Of a DNA stretch of 64,000 nt, positions 18,062 through 27,800 are shown piece after piece. The notes below the pieces were generated by a model. It had not been told where the DNA came from. It ran no database searches and worked only from the letters and a program-made list of their open reading frames with translations. This stretch comes from Candidatus Hermodarchaeota archaeon (GTDB lineage: Archaea > Asgardarchaeota > Hermodarchaeia > Hermodarchaeales > Hermodarchaeaceae), in assembly GCA_016839805.1 (NCBI GenBank), contig JAEOTO010000032.1, forward strand, positions 96,001 through 160,000. Reading direction: 5' to 3'. Within the stretch, counting starts at the first letter, position 1; the number at the start of each line of letters is the position of its first letter. The translations under genes and the position numbers were made by a program.

Positions 18062-19954
18062 GTGAAACTCATGGATATCGCTGAGATTCTAACAAAAGAC
18101 GAACCTGGTAAACGTCATCTCCTTCTTGGAAACGAAGCAATTGCTCGAGGTGCCATCGAAGCGGGATTAGAACTCGCATCAACCTATCCAGGTACGCCTT
18201 CGTCTGAGATAGGTGATAGTTTATTCCGGGCAGTTAAGCAAGGAAAATACTTCTTCGAATATTGCACCAACGAAAAGGTTGCCATGGAGGTTGCAGGTGC
18301 CGCAGCAGTAGCTAACGCTCGATCTCTTGTTATCATGAAACATGTGGGACTCAATGTAGCATCAGACGCGTTTATGACATTGAATTACATTGGTGTACGT
18401 GCAGGGCTTGTTATTGTATCAGCTGATGACCCAGGGTGTTGGAGTTCCCAAAATGAACAGGATAATCGTCTCTACGCAATGCTTGGCGACACTATGATGC
18501 TTGAACCAGCGGATCCTCAAGAAGCCAAAGAAATGACAATTGCAGCCTTTGATCTTTCTGAAGAACTCGAACAACCTGTTTTACTTCGCGTCACAACTCG
18601 AGTGAGCCATACTCGAGCAGGAGTTGAGTTGGGGCCCATTCGCGAACCAAGGAATAATCCCAATTTTGAACGAGATCCCTTTCGATTCGTCACCGTTCCT
18701 TCTGTTGCCCGAATACGGCATCCAATTTTGGTTGAAAAAGTAAAACAAGCCACTGAACTATCAGAAAAAAGTGAATGGAACAGAATTTATGATAAAGGAA
18801 GGCTAGGAATAATTACGTCAGGTGTTAGTTTTAACTATGTTATGGAAGCCCTGGAAGCTCTTCAGATTAAAGCAGCCATTTTCAAGATAGGAATGACCTA
18901 TCCGCTACCTAAAAAGAAACTCCAAAAATTCATTGCTTCAAAGGAACAGGTGATTGTCGTTGAAGAGTTGAAGCCATACCTTGAGAATCACGCACGAGCT
19001 TTTTCGCAGGAAGAGAGTATAATCACACCAATTTTAGGAAAAAGCCAGGGGTACTTCTCAGAAATTGGTGAACTCAGTCCTCGAAAAGTTATGGAGGGAA
19101 TAGCTCAAGCACTAGGCAAAGAGATTCCACCAGATTTCCGTGCAATCGATGAAAAATTCTCTGAAGACCTAGTTGAATCTCCTCCCCGACCTCCAATTCT
19201 TTGTGCCGGATGTCCTCACAGAGCCACCTTCTACGAAGTTGCAACAGCCACTGGACGAAAAGGTGTTTACCCAACAGACATTGGTTGTTACACTCTGGCC
19301 ATTCAACCTCCTCTTGAGATGGCAGATCTCTTACTTTGTATGGGTTCAAGCATAGGTACTTCTTGTGGGCTAACAGCTGTTCTGGATAAACCCATTATTG
19401 GGGCAATCGGTGACTCCACATTTTTCCATTCAGGAATTCCAGGACTAGTTAATGCCGTCTACAATCAACACCCTGTAAAAATTATTGTTGTTGATAATCA
19501 CACAACAGCAATGACGGGTCATCAACCTCACCCCGGAACAGGGATTACTGGAATGGGAGTTAAAGGACAAGGGATAAGCATTGAAGAAGTAGCACGAGGA
19601 GTTGGGATTCAATTTGTCAAAGTTATTAATCCCCTTAAAGTCAAGGAATCTATAAGAGCCATTCGTGAAGCTGTTTCATTTGATGGCCCTGCTGTAATTA
19701 TTTCAAGAAGCCCCTGTGCTCTTGTCGAAAGAGCGAGAAAACGCCGTGAGAATGAACCGATTATTCCTTATGAGGTAAATCCAGAGGTTTGCCAAGGATG
19801 TCGGGTCTGCATAGATAAACTTGGTTGTGCTGCAGCTATTTGGGAAGGGGAACATGCTGCAATTGATTCTGATCTCTGCTCTGGCTGTGGAGTCTGTGCA
19901 GAAATTTGTCCGTATAAGGCAATTCGGGAAATTGAGATCAATGAAAGAGTTTAA
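18062..19954 (+). CDS. iorA: Indolepyruvate:ferredoxin oxidoreductase alpha subunit
   Basis: GNEAIARG, YPGTPSSE, KHVGLNVA, SSQNEQD, CAGCPHR, DIGCY, GDSTFFHSG, C-terminal 2x[4Fe-4S]. Confidence 0.95.
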   Translation: MKLMDIAEILTKDEPGKRHLLLGNEAIARGAIEAGLELASTYPGTPSSEIGDSLFRAVKQGKYFFEYCTNEKVAMEVAGAAAVANARSLVIMKHVGLNVASDAFMTLNYIGVRAGLVIVSADDPGCWSSQNEQDNRLYAMLGDTMMLEPADPQEAKEMTIAAFDLSEELEQPVLLRVTTRVSHTRAGVELGPIREPRNNPNFERDPFRFVTVPSVARIRHPILVEKVKQATELSEKSEWNRIYDKGRLGIITSGVSFNYVMEALEALQIKAAIFKIGMTYPLPKKKLQKFIASKEQVIVVEELKPYLENHARAFSQEESIITPILGKSQGYFSEIGELSPRKVMEGIAQALGKEIPPDFRAIDEKFSEDLVESPPRPPILCAGCPHRATFYEVATATGRKGVYPTDIGCYTLAIQPPLEMADLLLCMGSSIGTSCGLTAVLDKPIIGAIGDSTFFHSGIPGLVNAVYNQHPVKIIVVDNHTTAMTGHQPHPGTGITGMGVKGQGISIEEVARGVGIQFVKVINPLKVKESIRAIREAVSFDGPAVIISRSPCALVERARKRRENEPIIPYEVNPEVCQGCRVCIDKLGCAAAIWEGEHAAIDSDLCSGCGVCAEICPYKAIREIEINERV

Positions 19955-20543
19955 CATAATGTTCACAGGTGTCGGTGGTACTGGTGTTCTGACCGCCGCT
20001 CGGGTTTTAGCAACTGCGGCACTCATTGAAGGACAAAACGTTAGAATGGGAGAAATTCATGGTATGGCACAACGGGGAGGAGCGGTCAACTGCACGATTC
20101 GAATCGGATCATCCGTTCATGGACCTATTGTTCCAACGGGTAAAGCAGATGTACTTCTAAGTGTTGAGCCTGTTGAAGCCCTGCGAAACGTTGATCGTAT
20201 TATGCCAACAGGGACCATAATTGTTGGACAATACCAAATCGTTCCAACCGCTGTATTGCTAGGACGGGCGGAATACCCCAGTGATAAAGAGATTCTTAGA
20301 GATCTGAGCAAATTTGCGAAAGTAGTCACTTTTGATGCCGCAAGCTTGGCTCAGGATGCAGGAAGCCTCCTAACTATGAATACCGTATTAATCGGTGCTG
20401 CATTGGGGTTGAATCTACTTCCATTAAACGAAGAATCAATTATTTCGGCGATAAAAGACGTTTTACCTGCACGATATCATAACATGAACATCTCAGCTTT
20501 ACAAAAAGGAAAAAATGCGCCTAAACAAACTATTAACGTCTAA
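19941..20543 (+). CDS. iorB: Indolepyruvate:ferredoxin oxidoreductase beta subunit
   Basis: GVGGTG, EIHGMAQRGG; overlaps the end of iorA. Confidence 0.93.
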   Translation: MKEFNIMFTGVGGTGVLTAARVLATAALIEGQNVRMGEIHGMAQRGGAVNCTIRIGSSVHGPIVPTGKADVLLSVEPVEALRNVDRIMPTGTIIVGQYQIVPTAVLLGRAEYPSDKEILRDLSKFAKVVTFDAASLAQDAGSLLTMNTVLIGAALGLNLLPLNEESIISAIKDVLPARYHNMNISALQKGKNAPKQTINV

Positions 20544-21463
20544 CGTTGTAAAGCAATTGACGCATATCCCACAATTGCGTCTGAACTTCCCCTGATATCA
20601 TAACTTGTTGCATACTTGAGTGATTTTCCTTTCGATGCACCCAGTTGTTGGGCAGCTACTATCGTTGCAGCTACGGGGCTTGCACCACACATCGTTCGTC
20701 GTTCTTCCACGACAGTTTCCAAAAGAGCCTTGCCATCCAATTGCTCAATTTTTTGAATAAGATCTCCATCAGTATCGTGAACCCATTTGACAATTTTATC
20801 AATAGGACCACTCCCAACAGGGGCATAGTTATAGAAATATTGTCCATAGTGCGTGAAATCTGTGCTAGCGATAATGATAACATCCCGTTTGCTTTTCTTA
20901 ACCGCTTCAGCGATGGTCTTACCTACCTTTTCACAAACCGAGTAATTTTGTGAAGAGATTACCAGCGGAACAATTTGAAAAGGATGGTTTTGACCTAAAA
21001 ATTGAAGGAACGGTAATTGTACTTCTAATGAATGCTCGCCATAATGAGCCTCTGTATCTTCAATAATGCATTTTGATCCCGAATCTTGGCTTTGCTTGAG
21101 TAACTGTTGAGCAAGTGAAGTGTCAATTTCGCGTTTTCCTAGAGGTGTTTCCCACAGGCCTTCAGCCATAACAACGGCACCTTGAAAGCGTAAGAAGCCA
21201 TGTTTGGGACCAATCAGAATGAAGGTTTCAGGAAAGCCCTCTTGTGCAATGAGATTGTATAGATGAGAAGCAACTGGACCCGAGTAAATGAACCCAGCAT
21301 GAGGTGCTACCCCAGCAACCAAACCCTCTAATCTCTTGGCGCTTACTTTAGGAACAGTTCCCACCCCCTGGGGGCCGGAAAAGGCTGCTTCAATAGCTTT
21401 TTTTAGAGCATTTTTTTCTGGTGGATAGAAACCGATTGCACATGGTGGTCGCACTTGACCCAT
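20540..21463 (-). CDS. MEMO1-family protein (AmmeMemoRadiSam protein B)
   Basis: PHAGFIYSG, EHSLEVQLPFLQ, ASTDFTHYG, MCG, VGYAS. Confidence 0.93.
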   Translation of the reverse strand: MGQVRPPCAIGFYPPEKNALKKAIEAAFSGPQGVGTVPKVSAKRLEGLVAGVAPHAGFIYSGPVASHLYNLIAQEGFPETFILIGPKHGFLRFQGAVVMAEGLWETPLGKREIDTSLAQQLLKQSQDSGSKCIIEDTEAHYGEHSLEVQLPFLQFLGQNHPFQIVPLVISSQNYSVCEKVGKTIAEAVKKSKRDVIIIASTDFTHYGQYFYNYAPVGSGPIDKIVKWVHDTDGDLIQKIEQLDGKALLETVVEERRTMCGASPVAATIVAAQQLGASKGKSLKYATSYDIRGSSDAIVGYASIALQR

Positions 21464-21532
21464 AAAGTCACGTCCATATTACTCTTAACGCGGTAAGCAA
21501 AAAGGTTTTTTCGCTAGTTACACTGTGTCGAT

Positions 21533-22309
21533 GTGGTAGTTGAAATGAGCAAACGCATGGATGACAGCGCCATCCGTGCCCTCAGGAACCTAGGGCTAAG
21601 TAGTTACGAAGCACGAGTGTATATCTCCTTGGTCCGGAATGGGGCACTTACAGCTAGCGAAGTGAGTTCACAATCGCGAATTCCCTTTAGTAGAGTGTAT
21701 GATGTCTTAGCAGCTTTGGAACGTGGAGGTTGGATAACCGTTGAACAGGGACGTCCAAAACGATACGTGCCTAAGAGCCCACGGGAAACTTCAAAGGCAG
21801 CTGTTCTTAATGCCCAAGAGCGGTTATCGGATTGGGAGCAACGCGTTATCGAAGATTTACAACCTCTTTTCGATGAAAAGACAAGGATTTCAGCTCCCGA
21901 AGTTCACATTCTCCATGGATCTAATAATGTTCGAGCAAAACTGAATGTCGCACTTGGTCAGGCAGAACGCATCGTTCTCTTATCTTGGGGAATCATAAGT
22001 GAAGAGGACATTGATTTCATTAGCCCCACATTACTCCATCTTCGGGATAAGGGTGTGAAATTCCAGATTCTAGTATCTGAGCAAACGTTGACCGATAAGG
22101 TAAGGCGACTCATTTTAGCAGTGGGAGATGGACGAAAACGCAAAGAAATCTATGGGGGAGGAGCGATTATAGATGAAAAACAAGCCATTATTATGTTGAC
22201 CACAAAACCCGATGAATCATTAGCAATCTGGTCTCGCCACACCGAGTTAGCTGAACTGGCAAAAATTTACTTTCTATACCTCTATAATTCAGCTCAACCA
22301 CTTACATGA
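21533..22309 (+). CDS. TrmB-family transcriptional regulator
   Basis: LGLSSYEARVY, IPFSRVYDVL..L...GWI, GRPKRY. Confidence 0.9.
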   Translation: MVVEMSKRMDDSAIRALRNLGLSSYEARVYISLVRNGALTASEVSSQSRIPFSRVYDVLAALERGGWITVEQGRPKRYVPKSPRETSKAAVLNAQERLSDWEQRVIEDLQPLFDEKTRISAPEVHILHGSNNVRAKLNVALGQAERIVLLSWGIISEEDIDFISPTLLHLRDKGVKFQILVSEQTLTDKVRRLILAVGDGRKRKEIYGGGAIIDEKQAIIMLTTKPDESLAIWSRHTELAELAKIYFLYLYNSAQPLT

Positions 22310-22315
22310 CCTGTT

Positions 22316-22630
22316 TTATTGTGTTTCCTGTGCTTCATGCTGAAGTTTGTCAAGGAGGACAATAGCAACTCCCAAGGGAACACGAAGTTGGACCGCAAGT
22401 TCTTCCGGAGTAATGGATTGTCGTTGGGGAAGAATATTGGTACGGGTGTAATCAAGAAGATGCGGGTATAGAACCATTGATTTTACAGTCTCTTCTAATA
22501 TCGAGGGCCAATCCCGTAAATCAGAACCATCCGCTTCGACAACCTCAATTGTTTTCTTTTCTTCACTCTTCTCGTCTTTTTCTTCACTCTTCTTTTTTTT
22601 CTTAAAATATTGGTCCAGTCCAAAACTCAT
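22316..22630 (-). CDS. Hypothetical protein with charged linker and C-terminal HTH-like segment
   Basis: MSFGLDQYF, Lys/Glu-rich tract, ITPEELAVQLRVPLGVA. Confidence 0.65.
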   Translation of the reverse strand: MSFGLDQYFKKKKKSEEKDEKSEEKKTIEVVEADGSDLRDWPSILEETVKSMVLYPHLLDYTRTNILPQRQSITPEELAVQLRVPLGVAIVLLDKLQHEAQETQ

Positions 22631-22675
22631 TAGAAGATTCCCAGGTGAGGAAGGCTAATTAAGTTAATTAGGCTT

Positions 22676-23431
22676 GTGGCATGGATGGTATTGATGCCAC
22701 GGGAAGGATACTATATCATACGATGCCCCAAATGTGGAAGATACACTTACGCCCCCACGCGACAGAAAACTCGTCTTTGCGTCTTTTGTCAGCGAATTTT
22801 TAAAATTAATCCACTAAACGCTATCTATGTCGATACCGCAGAAAGGGCGAGAACGCGGGTAAAATTTTACCAAACAGGGAAACACCACCAGGAGTTTATG
22901 AATGCAGTTGAAAAATCACGGAAATCAATTCAATCCCTAATCCCACAAGAGAGTGTTAATTTAACGGAAATCCAGGAAATTACAACCGAAGTTCAACCCA
23001 CTTCCACTCGTCGACGCGAATTAGAACGAATACTTAACCAACATGCACGAATCACCAACATTGATTTACAGCAACTTGAACAGGAATGTCAAAAAGCAGG
23101 GATACCTTGGGAGTGGGCATCCCAACAAATTGAGGTGCTCATCCGATCAGGCCACATCATCGCCCCTAAACCCTGGCAAATTCGATTGGTAGCCGATGTA
23201 ACCGAACCGACTAAGACAAAAACCAAAAAAGTAAGTCCTACTAAACTCGCACAAACGATCGGGAAAATAATTCGGAAATCACCTACACCGATCAGCCACA
23301 CTCAGCTCCTTGAGCAAATGAACAGAGAATCCATTTCAAGTGTTGATGTCGAAGAAGCTTTAACCCTCTTGAAACTTCAAGGTTATATTCTCATCACCCC
23401 CAAGGGAACCTACAAGTGGACTGCGGATTAG
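22676..23431 (+). CDS. Zn-ribbon (DUF1922-like) protein with two winged-helix-like domains
   Basis: IIRCPKCGR...QKTRLCVFCQ; two L...G.I..PK.. wing motifs. Confidence 0.7.
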   Translation: MAWMVLMPREGYYIIRCPKCGRYTYAPTRQKTRLCVFCQRIFKINPLNAIYVDTAERARTRVKFYQTGKHHQEFMNAVEKSRKSIQSLIPQESVNLTEIQEITTEVQPTSTRRRELERILNQHARITNIDLQQLEQECQKAGIPWEWASQQIEVLIRSGHIIAPKPWQIRLVADVTEPTKTKTKKVSPTKLAQTIGKIIRKSPTPISHTQLLEQMNRESISSVDVEEALTLLKLQGYILITPKGTYKWTAD

Positions 23432-23491
23432 ACCAGAAGAAACGATTGATAAGTTTTAAACGTCCATTCTAGATTAAATGGAGCGTAGAGA

Positions 23492-23869
23492 TTGCCTGCT
23501 GTTTATTACCTGGCTCGCCAGATGCATCGTCAACTTTCAGGAGCCCTCATAGATTATGTGCTCCTATTATGGCTCTACTCAAATCCTCATGAAACGCGCC
23601 GTCGAAGTCTAGCTTCTCTACGCCATGTCCTGAAACATACCCCAGAATTTCAGCGACATGATGGCAAACCTAATGTCACAGAAGACGAGTTAAACCAGAT
23701 CGTCTTTATTGCCCTCAAAAGACTAAAGGAGAAAGGGTTTGTCACCGTTTATTCCCAAAACCAGTTTAGCGCTCAGATTTCTTTAACAGAAAAGGGCATT
23801 GAATTTATTCGGTCTTCACTCTCATCAGAATCGATACAGTTCTTAGAAGACTCAGGTCATATGACTTAA
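23492..23869 (+). CDS. Winged-helix protein, unknown function
   Basis: ALKRLKEKGFV......ISLTEKG wing motif. Confidence 0.7.
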   Translation: MPAVYYLARQMHRQLSGALIDYVLLLWLYSNPHETRRRSLASLRHVLKHTPEFQRHDGKPNVTEDELNQIVFIALKRLKEKGFVTVYSQNQFSAQISLTEKGIEFIRSSLSSESIQFLEDSGHMT

Positions 23870-23956
23870 GCCACCAAACTCGTTACGTTCGCCTAAAGTA
23901 TATTTAGGACATAAGCTCTATTTACAGAAAGTCTTTTCCCGCGGAGATTAGTTGAT

Positions 23957-24622
23957 TTGGTGTCCAAGGCAGGAACGAAGGATGCAGCACGGTCGGATCT
24001 TGAAGCCCCAACAGTCTATTTGAAACAAGCATACCGCCTATACGTTTCAAAGCAAGTGCGACAAGACCTAATTCTTCCTACTCTGCGAATTCTTGCAACC
24101 CACCTAGGAACCAAGGAACTCGGTCGAGAACCTGAAGCCTTGTATGCTGCAGCCCTTTACATTGCTTTTCGTCATCCCAACACCTACCCGAACCTCGTGC
24201 CTCGAAGTTATTTTTGTGCTAAAAATTTCAAGAACACAAAGCGTTTACCACCGGAACCCATTTTTCGAGAAGCATTTTCGGTTAAAGACTCTAGTATCGA
24301 TTGGTACACAAAACGGATTGTCGACAAATTAAGTATAGTAATCCTTTATGATGAACGGGGATTACCCTATTTTCTTGAAAGAACAGGTCCTATCTATAGA
24401 TTAATTGACGCCTTGGCGGAAGAAGCGTCGATTGATGCAGTTCTAACCTCTGAGATTGTTAATCGACGTGAACTCCTCGAACCTATTGTAAGTGGGTTGT
24501 TAAACCGAATTTTCACTGTCTTACAGCTACTTCCTAGAATCTTTTACAACTCGTTATACGAGCATTTAGTACCTCACGTAGAAGCATCGATTGAAAATGC
24601 GAAGTGGGTATTAGGAGTTTAG
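23957..24622 (+). CDS. Hypothetical protein with a cyclin/TFIIB-repeat-like segment
   Basis: GREPEALYAAALYIAFR resembles the TFIIB/cyclin-box helix GR.P..laAAalYiA.r; no Zn ribbon. Confidence 0.55.
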   Translation: MVSKAGTKDAARSDLEAPTVYLKQAYRLYVSKQVRQDLILPTLRILATHLGTKELGREPEALYAAALYIAFRHPNTYPNLVPRSYFCAKNFKNTKRLPPEPIFREAFSVKDSSIDWYTKRIVDKLSIVILYDERGLPYFLERTGPIYRLIDALAEEASIDAVLTSEIVNRRELLEPIVSGLLNRIFTVLQLLPRIFYNSLYEHLVPHVEASIENAKWVLGV

Positions 24623-24921
24623 CCCCCGTTTTCCATATGGGTTTTGACTTCTTCGACAACGGTTCGTCCTGCGACTACCTGATCAATTGAGTGAACAGAT
24701 GCGCCACACGCTTCAAGCGCCGCTTTCACCTCTTCAAATTGAAGGTTGTCACCTTCAACCGTTACCTTAATTGACTCTGTATGGGAGTCGACTTCAACAA
24801 GGGCTACGTTAACACCTACGACCCCGTCTATTTTTCCTACTAAGTTTGCGATGTCGACAAGATTTGGTACATGTGGTTTAAGGACATCGAGCACAAGTCG
24901 TTTAATACCAGAACTAGACAT
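24619..24921 (-). CDS. DUF211-family protein
   Basis: IKRLVLDVLKPH.P, GVN....EVD, SVHSIDQV.AG. Confidence 0.9.
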   Translation of the reverse strand: MSSSGIKRLVLDVLKPHVPNLVDIANLVGKIDGVVGVNVALVEVDSHTESIKVTVEGDNLQFEEVKAALEACGASVHSIDQVVAGRTVVEEVKTHMENGG

Positions 24922-25054
24922 TGGATTCTCCTTATAGAAGAATTGCTTCAGTCTTTTCTATCTATTGTATTTTTGAATCTATCTGACTTTCCTTGAGAAA
25001 GTAATAACTTTTGGAAGAACTATTCGATTTTCACTACTAAAGTTACAGATTTTT

Positions 25055-26239
25055 TTATTCAGTGTGAACACGAAACAGGTCGATATCACCTTGCATTTGG
25101 GTGAGGAACTCTCGGGTAGATCGTTCAACATCTCGTGATTGAGTGATGTATCGTCCAACAACAATGATATCGGCTTTGGCTTTGAGAGCAGCTTGAATGT
25201 TATCCGGCCGAATTCCACCTGCCACGGAAACAAGTAATCGCTTTCCTTTGAAAGCCGCTTTCACCTCTTTTACAACATCCCAGCGATGTTCTGCGCGACC
25301 TTCAGTATCGATGCCTCGATGCATGATTACTACATTGGGTGGCATTTTCAAACTCTGAAGCTTTGCTAATGGATCTTCGACATTCATCATGTCCACAAAT
25401 GAATAGATGCCGAGTCGGTTGGTCTCATAAATGAATTGATCAATCGTATCCACAGAGGCTAATCCGGAGACAACTACTGCGTCTGCAGCCTCATCAAAGG
25501 CTAAATCAACCTCAACCTTTCCTACATCAAGAGTTTTTAGGTCAGCAACTAAGAATTTGTCTTTTGCTACTTCTCGTAAGTCACCAAGCACAGCCGTTCC
25601 GTAACGCTTGATAAGCGGAGTACCGGCCTCAAGAATTAGGTTATCACTTTTGGGTAATGCTGCAATGATCTTCTTGGTTTTTTCAAGGCTCGGAATATCT
25701 AAAGCAATCTGAAGATAGGGAGGTCGCCACAATCGTGGCACGCGAAAGCCCATGATGGGGTGAGTGGCACGATCTTTATCGTACATGATTTTATCCACCG
25801 GAGGATAGTTTGAAAGGGCGCGTTGAATTGAAAGTTTCGTAGCAGCGTAGTTGTAGTGGTAGATTCTACGGTAATCCTTCGCATCTGGATGAATAAACAC
25901 ACTGCAGATAACGACCCATTCGTCAGCCTTGGCCTTCGGAATTATGCCTTCTTCTAAAGCATCAGCCACGGCTTTAGCCACAGCAGCCTGGGCGGGTCCA
26001 AATATTTTCTCAGCATCACCCATATCCTTGACTGTTACCTTCGGAACAATCAGCGTATGAGGCTTGGGCGGTAAATTAGGTCGAATCACCGCCAACAATG
26101 GAGAATGCCCATGTGAAACATTAGTCATGCCCTGGGCAAAAGCGGTTCCAACAGGACCGGATTTCTCACCAATAATTAAATCAATATGGGCAATTTCGGG
26201 AGCTTTTCCTACTAGTGCTTCGCCGACAAGATACACCAT
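25055..26239 (-). CDS. fae-hps: Bifunctional formaldehyde-activating enzyme / 3-hexulose-6-phosphate synthase
   Basis: Fae: GEALVG...[16 protein letters not shown]. Hps: [28 protein letters not shown]. Confidence 0.95.
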   Translation of the reverse strand: MVYLVGEALVGKAPEIAHIDLIIGEKSGPVGTAFAQGMTNVSHGHSPLLAVIRPNLPPKPHTLIVPKVTVKDMGDAEKIFGPAQAAVAKAVADALEEGIIPKAKADEWVVICSVFIHPDAKDYRRIYHYNYAATKLSIQRALSNYPPVDKIMYDKDRATHPIMGFRVPRLWRPPYLQIALDIPSLEKTKKIIAALPKSDNLILEAGTPLIKRYGTAVLGDLREVAKDKFLVADLKTLDVGKVEVDLAFDEAADAVVVSGLASVDTIDQFIYETNRLGIYSFVDMMNVEDPLAKLQSLKMPPNVVIMHRGIDTEGRAEHRWDVVKEVKAAFKGKRLLVSVAGGIRPDNIQAALKAKADIIVVGRYITQSRDVERSTREFLTQMQGDIDLFRVHTE

Positions 26240-26613
26240 GATTCGTCATCCCTGGTGCTAATAGCCATTCCCATAACCCTACCCTCCGTTATAATAACGT
26301 TTTGTGACAAAACAGACGTTTAATATTCGGAAAGAATTCTATGGAATCTTGTACCTCACCACGTAATTTCTCGTTGAAATAATAGATAATGGTTTATCCA
26401 GTTAGGATCGCCCGTCGCCTGATAAGTATGAAGCCGCCACCCTTCCTTCTGGTATTCAGCAATTACCCTCGCGATGTTCTTATGATGATTAACTTGCACA
26501 CAAATATATTCGAAATCAATATCAACCTGCTTCAAGGAAATTTCACCTGCGATAAATCAGTAAGAATACGAATAAAAGCGTTAGCGACTCTATTATTCGA
26601 CTGGTGGGGAACA

Positions 26614-27104
26614 ATGGCCAAACCAAAGATTGATTATTCGGAGTACAGAAGACATGTAATTTCCCTGGCTAGTGTGATGACCTTTCTTGCAGGGTTCATT
26701 TTCACAGTCATTACTTTGCTTCTTAGCCAACTTCCAGATCTAAGCAGCGTAGTATTCTCAGTCAGTTTTTTGTGGCAATTCACACTATTTTTTTGACCAT
26801 CTTGTTTTATCTAATGCTGTTTGTAGTGTTTTATTCTCCTGTCATCAGTATTATCTTGGTTAGAGATCTTATACCAAAAGGCACAATGCCCACAGCAGCG
26901 AAAATTTACAATTTTGCGTATTCACTGATTTGGTTCGTGATTGGTATTCCTCTTATTCTGATGTTTGTTCTCTGGAATTTATATTATCTGGCGTTAGCAG
27001 CATCTGTTGTTTGGATACTGGTTATCATTGTTATGATATCCTTAGTTTTAAGAAGCGGTCAGATGAAAATTCGCGAAATACGTAAGAGGCTTCATAGCGA
27101 ATAA
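26614..27104 (+). pseudogene. Four-TM membrane protein gene split by a 1-nt frameshift in a T7 run (26788-26794)
   Basis: ORF1 ends ...WQFTLFF-TGA in the T run. One extra T reads through into LTILFYL... of ORF 26772-27104 and gives a continuous hydrophobic protein. Confidence 0.6.
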
Positions 27105-27358
27105 TTAGGAAGAAGATAAGACCTACTGTAAAAATTTCCGTGCCATTAATCTAAATTATGATTACAAGGTTTGTAACGTTCTATGAGGCTTATAACCACC
27201 CTTAAAGAGAGAAAAAATCAATTATTTTAGATTTCAAACAAGGCGTTATCGTAATTGATAGACAAGTTTTCTTGACCAAAACGTTAATACCGTAGGAATT
27301 ATACCGACTCTTCCTTGATTCCGATCTACTATGGAGGTGACGTGCATGGCAACTAATC

Positions 27359-27745
27359 ATGATGGGGTTGGCTGCGAAATCCTCCACCGAAGACTGGCTC
27401 TTCAATAGCTTACGTTCGACGCCGCAATTTCATAATTTATTGTTTCACCTAGCTTATGCTTTTACTCAATTGGCTAGAGCACGCTTAACACAAAAACAAC
27501 TTCACTTGCTGTTTGCGACCCGGCATACCCTTCGTTTTTATCCTGACCTTTCACCCACTGCACTGGCAGATTCTTTATCGAAGAAACTAGGGATGCCACT
27601 GAGTACAACCAAGTTTAACCTCACAATTCTCAAAGATGCAGGCTTGCTCGAAACAACGCCCACAAGTAACCGGCGAACTACGGCGCATTTGTCTTATGGT
27701 GGCCAACTTCTCACTCAACTTTTGCCCGAACCAAAAATGGAGTAA
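27359..27745 (+). CDS. ArsR-like winged-helix protein
   Basis: LSKKLGMPLSTTKFNLTILKDAGLL...AHLSYGG. Confidence 0.7.
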   Translation: MMGLAAKSSTEDWLFNSLRSTPQFHNLLFHLAYAFTQLARARLTQKQLHLLFATRHTLRFYPDLSPTALADSLSKKLGMPLSTTKFNLTILKDAGLLETTPTSNRRTTAHLSYGGQLLTQLLPEPKME

Positions 27746-27754
27746 TTAATAATC

Positions 27755-27800
27755 GGACTACGAGGGCTTTTCGAGTTGTCCTCGTGTCCATCTTTTTCTT
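27755..27800 (+). terminator. Hairpin plus T tract between convergent genes
   Basis: GGAC-T-ACGAGGGC...GTCCTCGT-GTCC stem followed by ATCTTTTTCTT. Confidence 0.5.
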
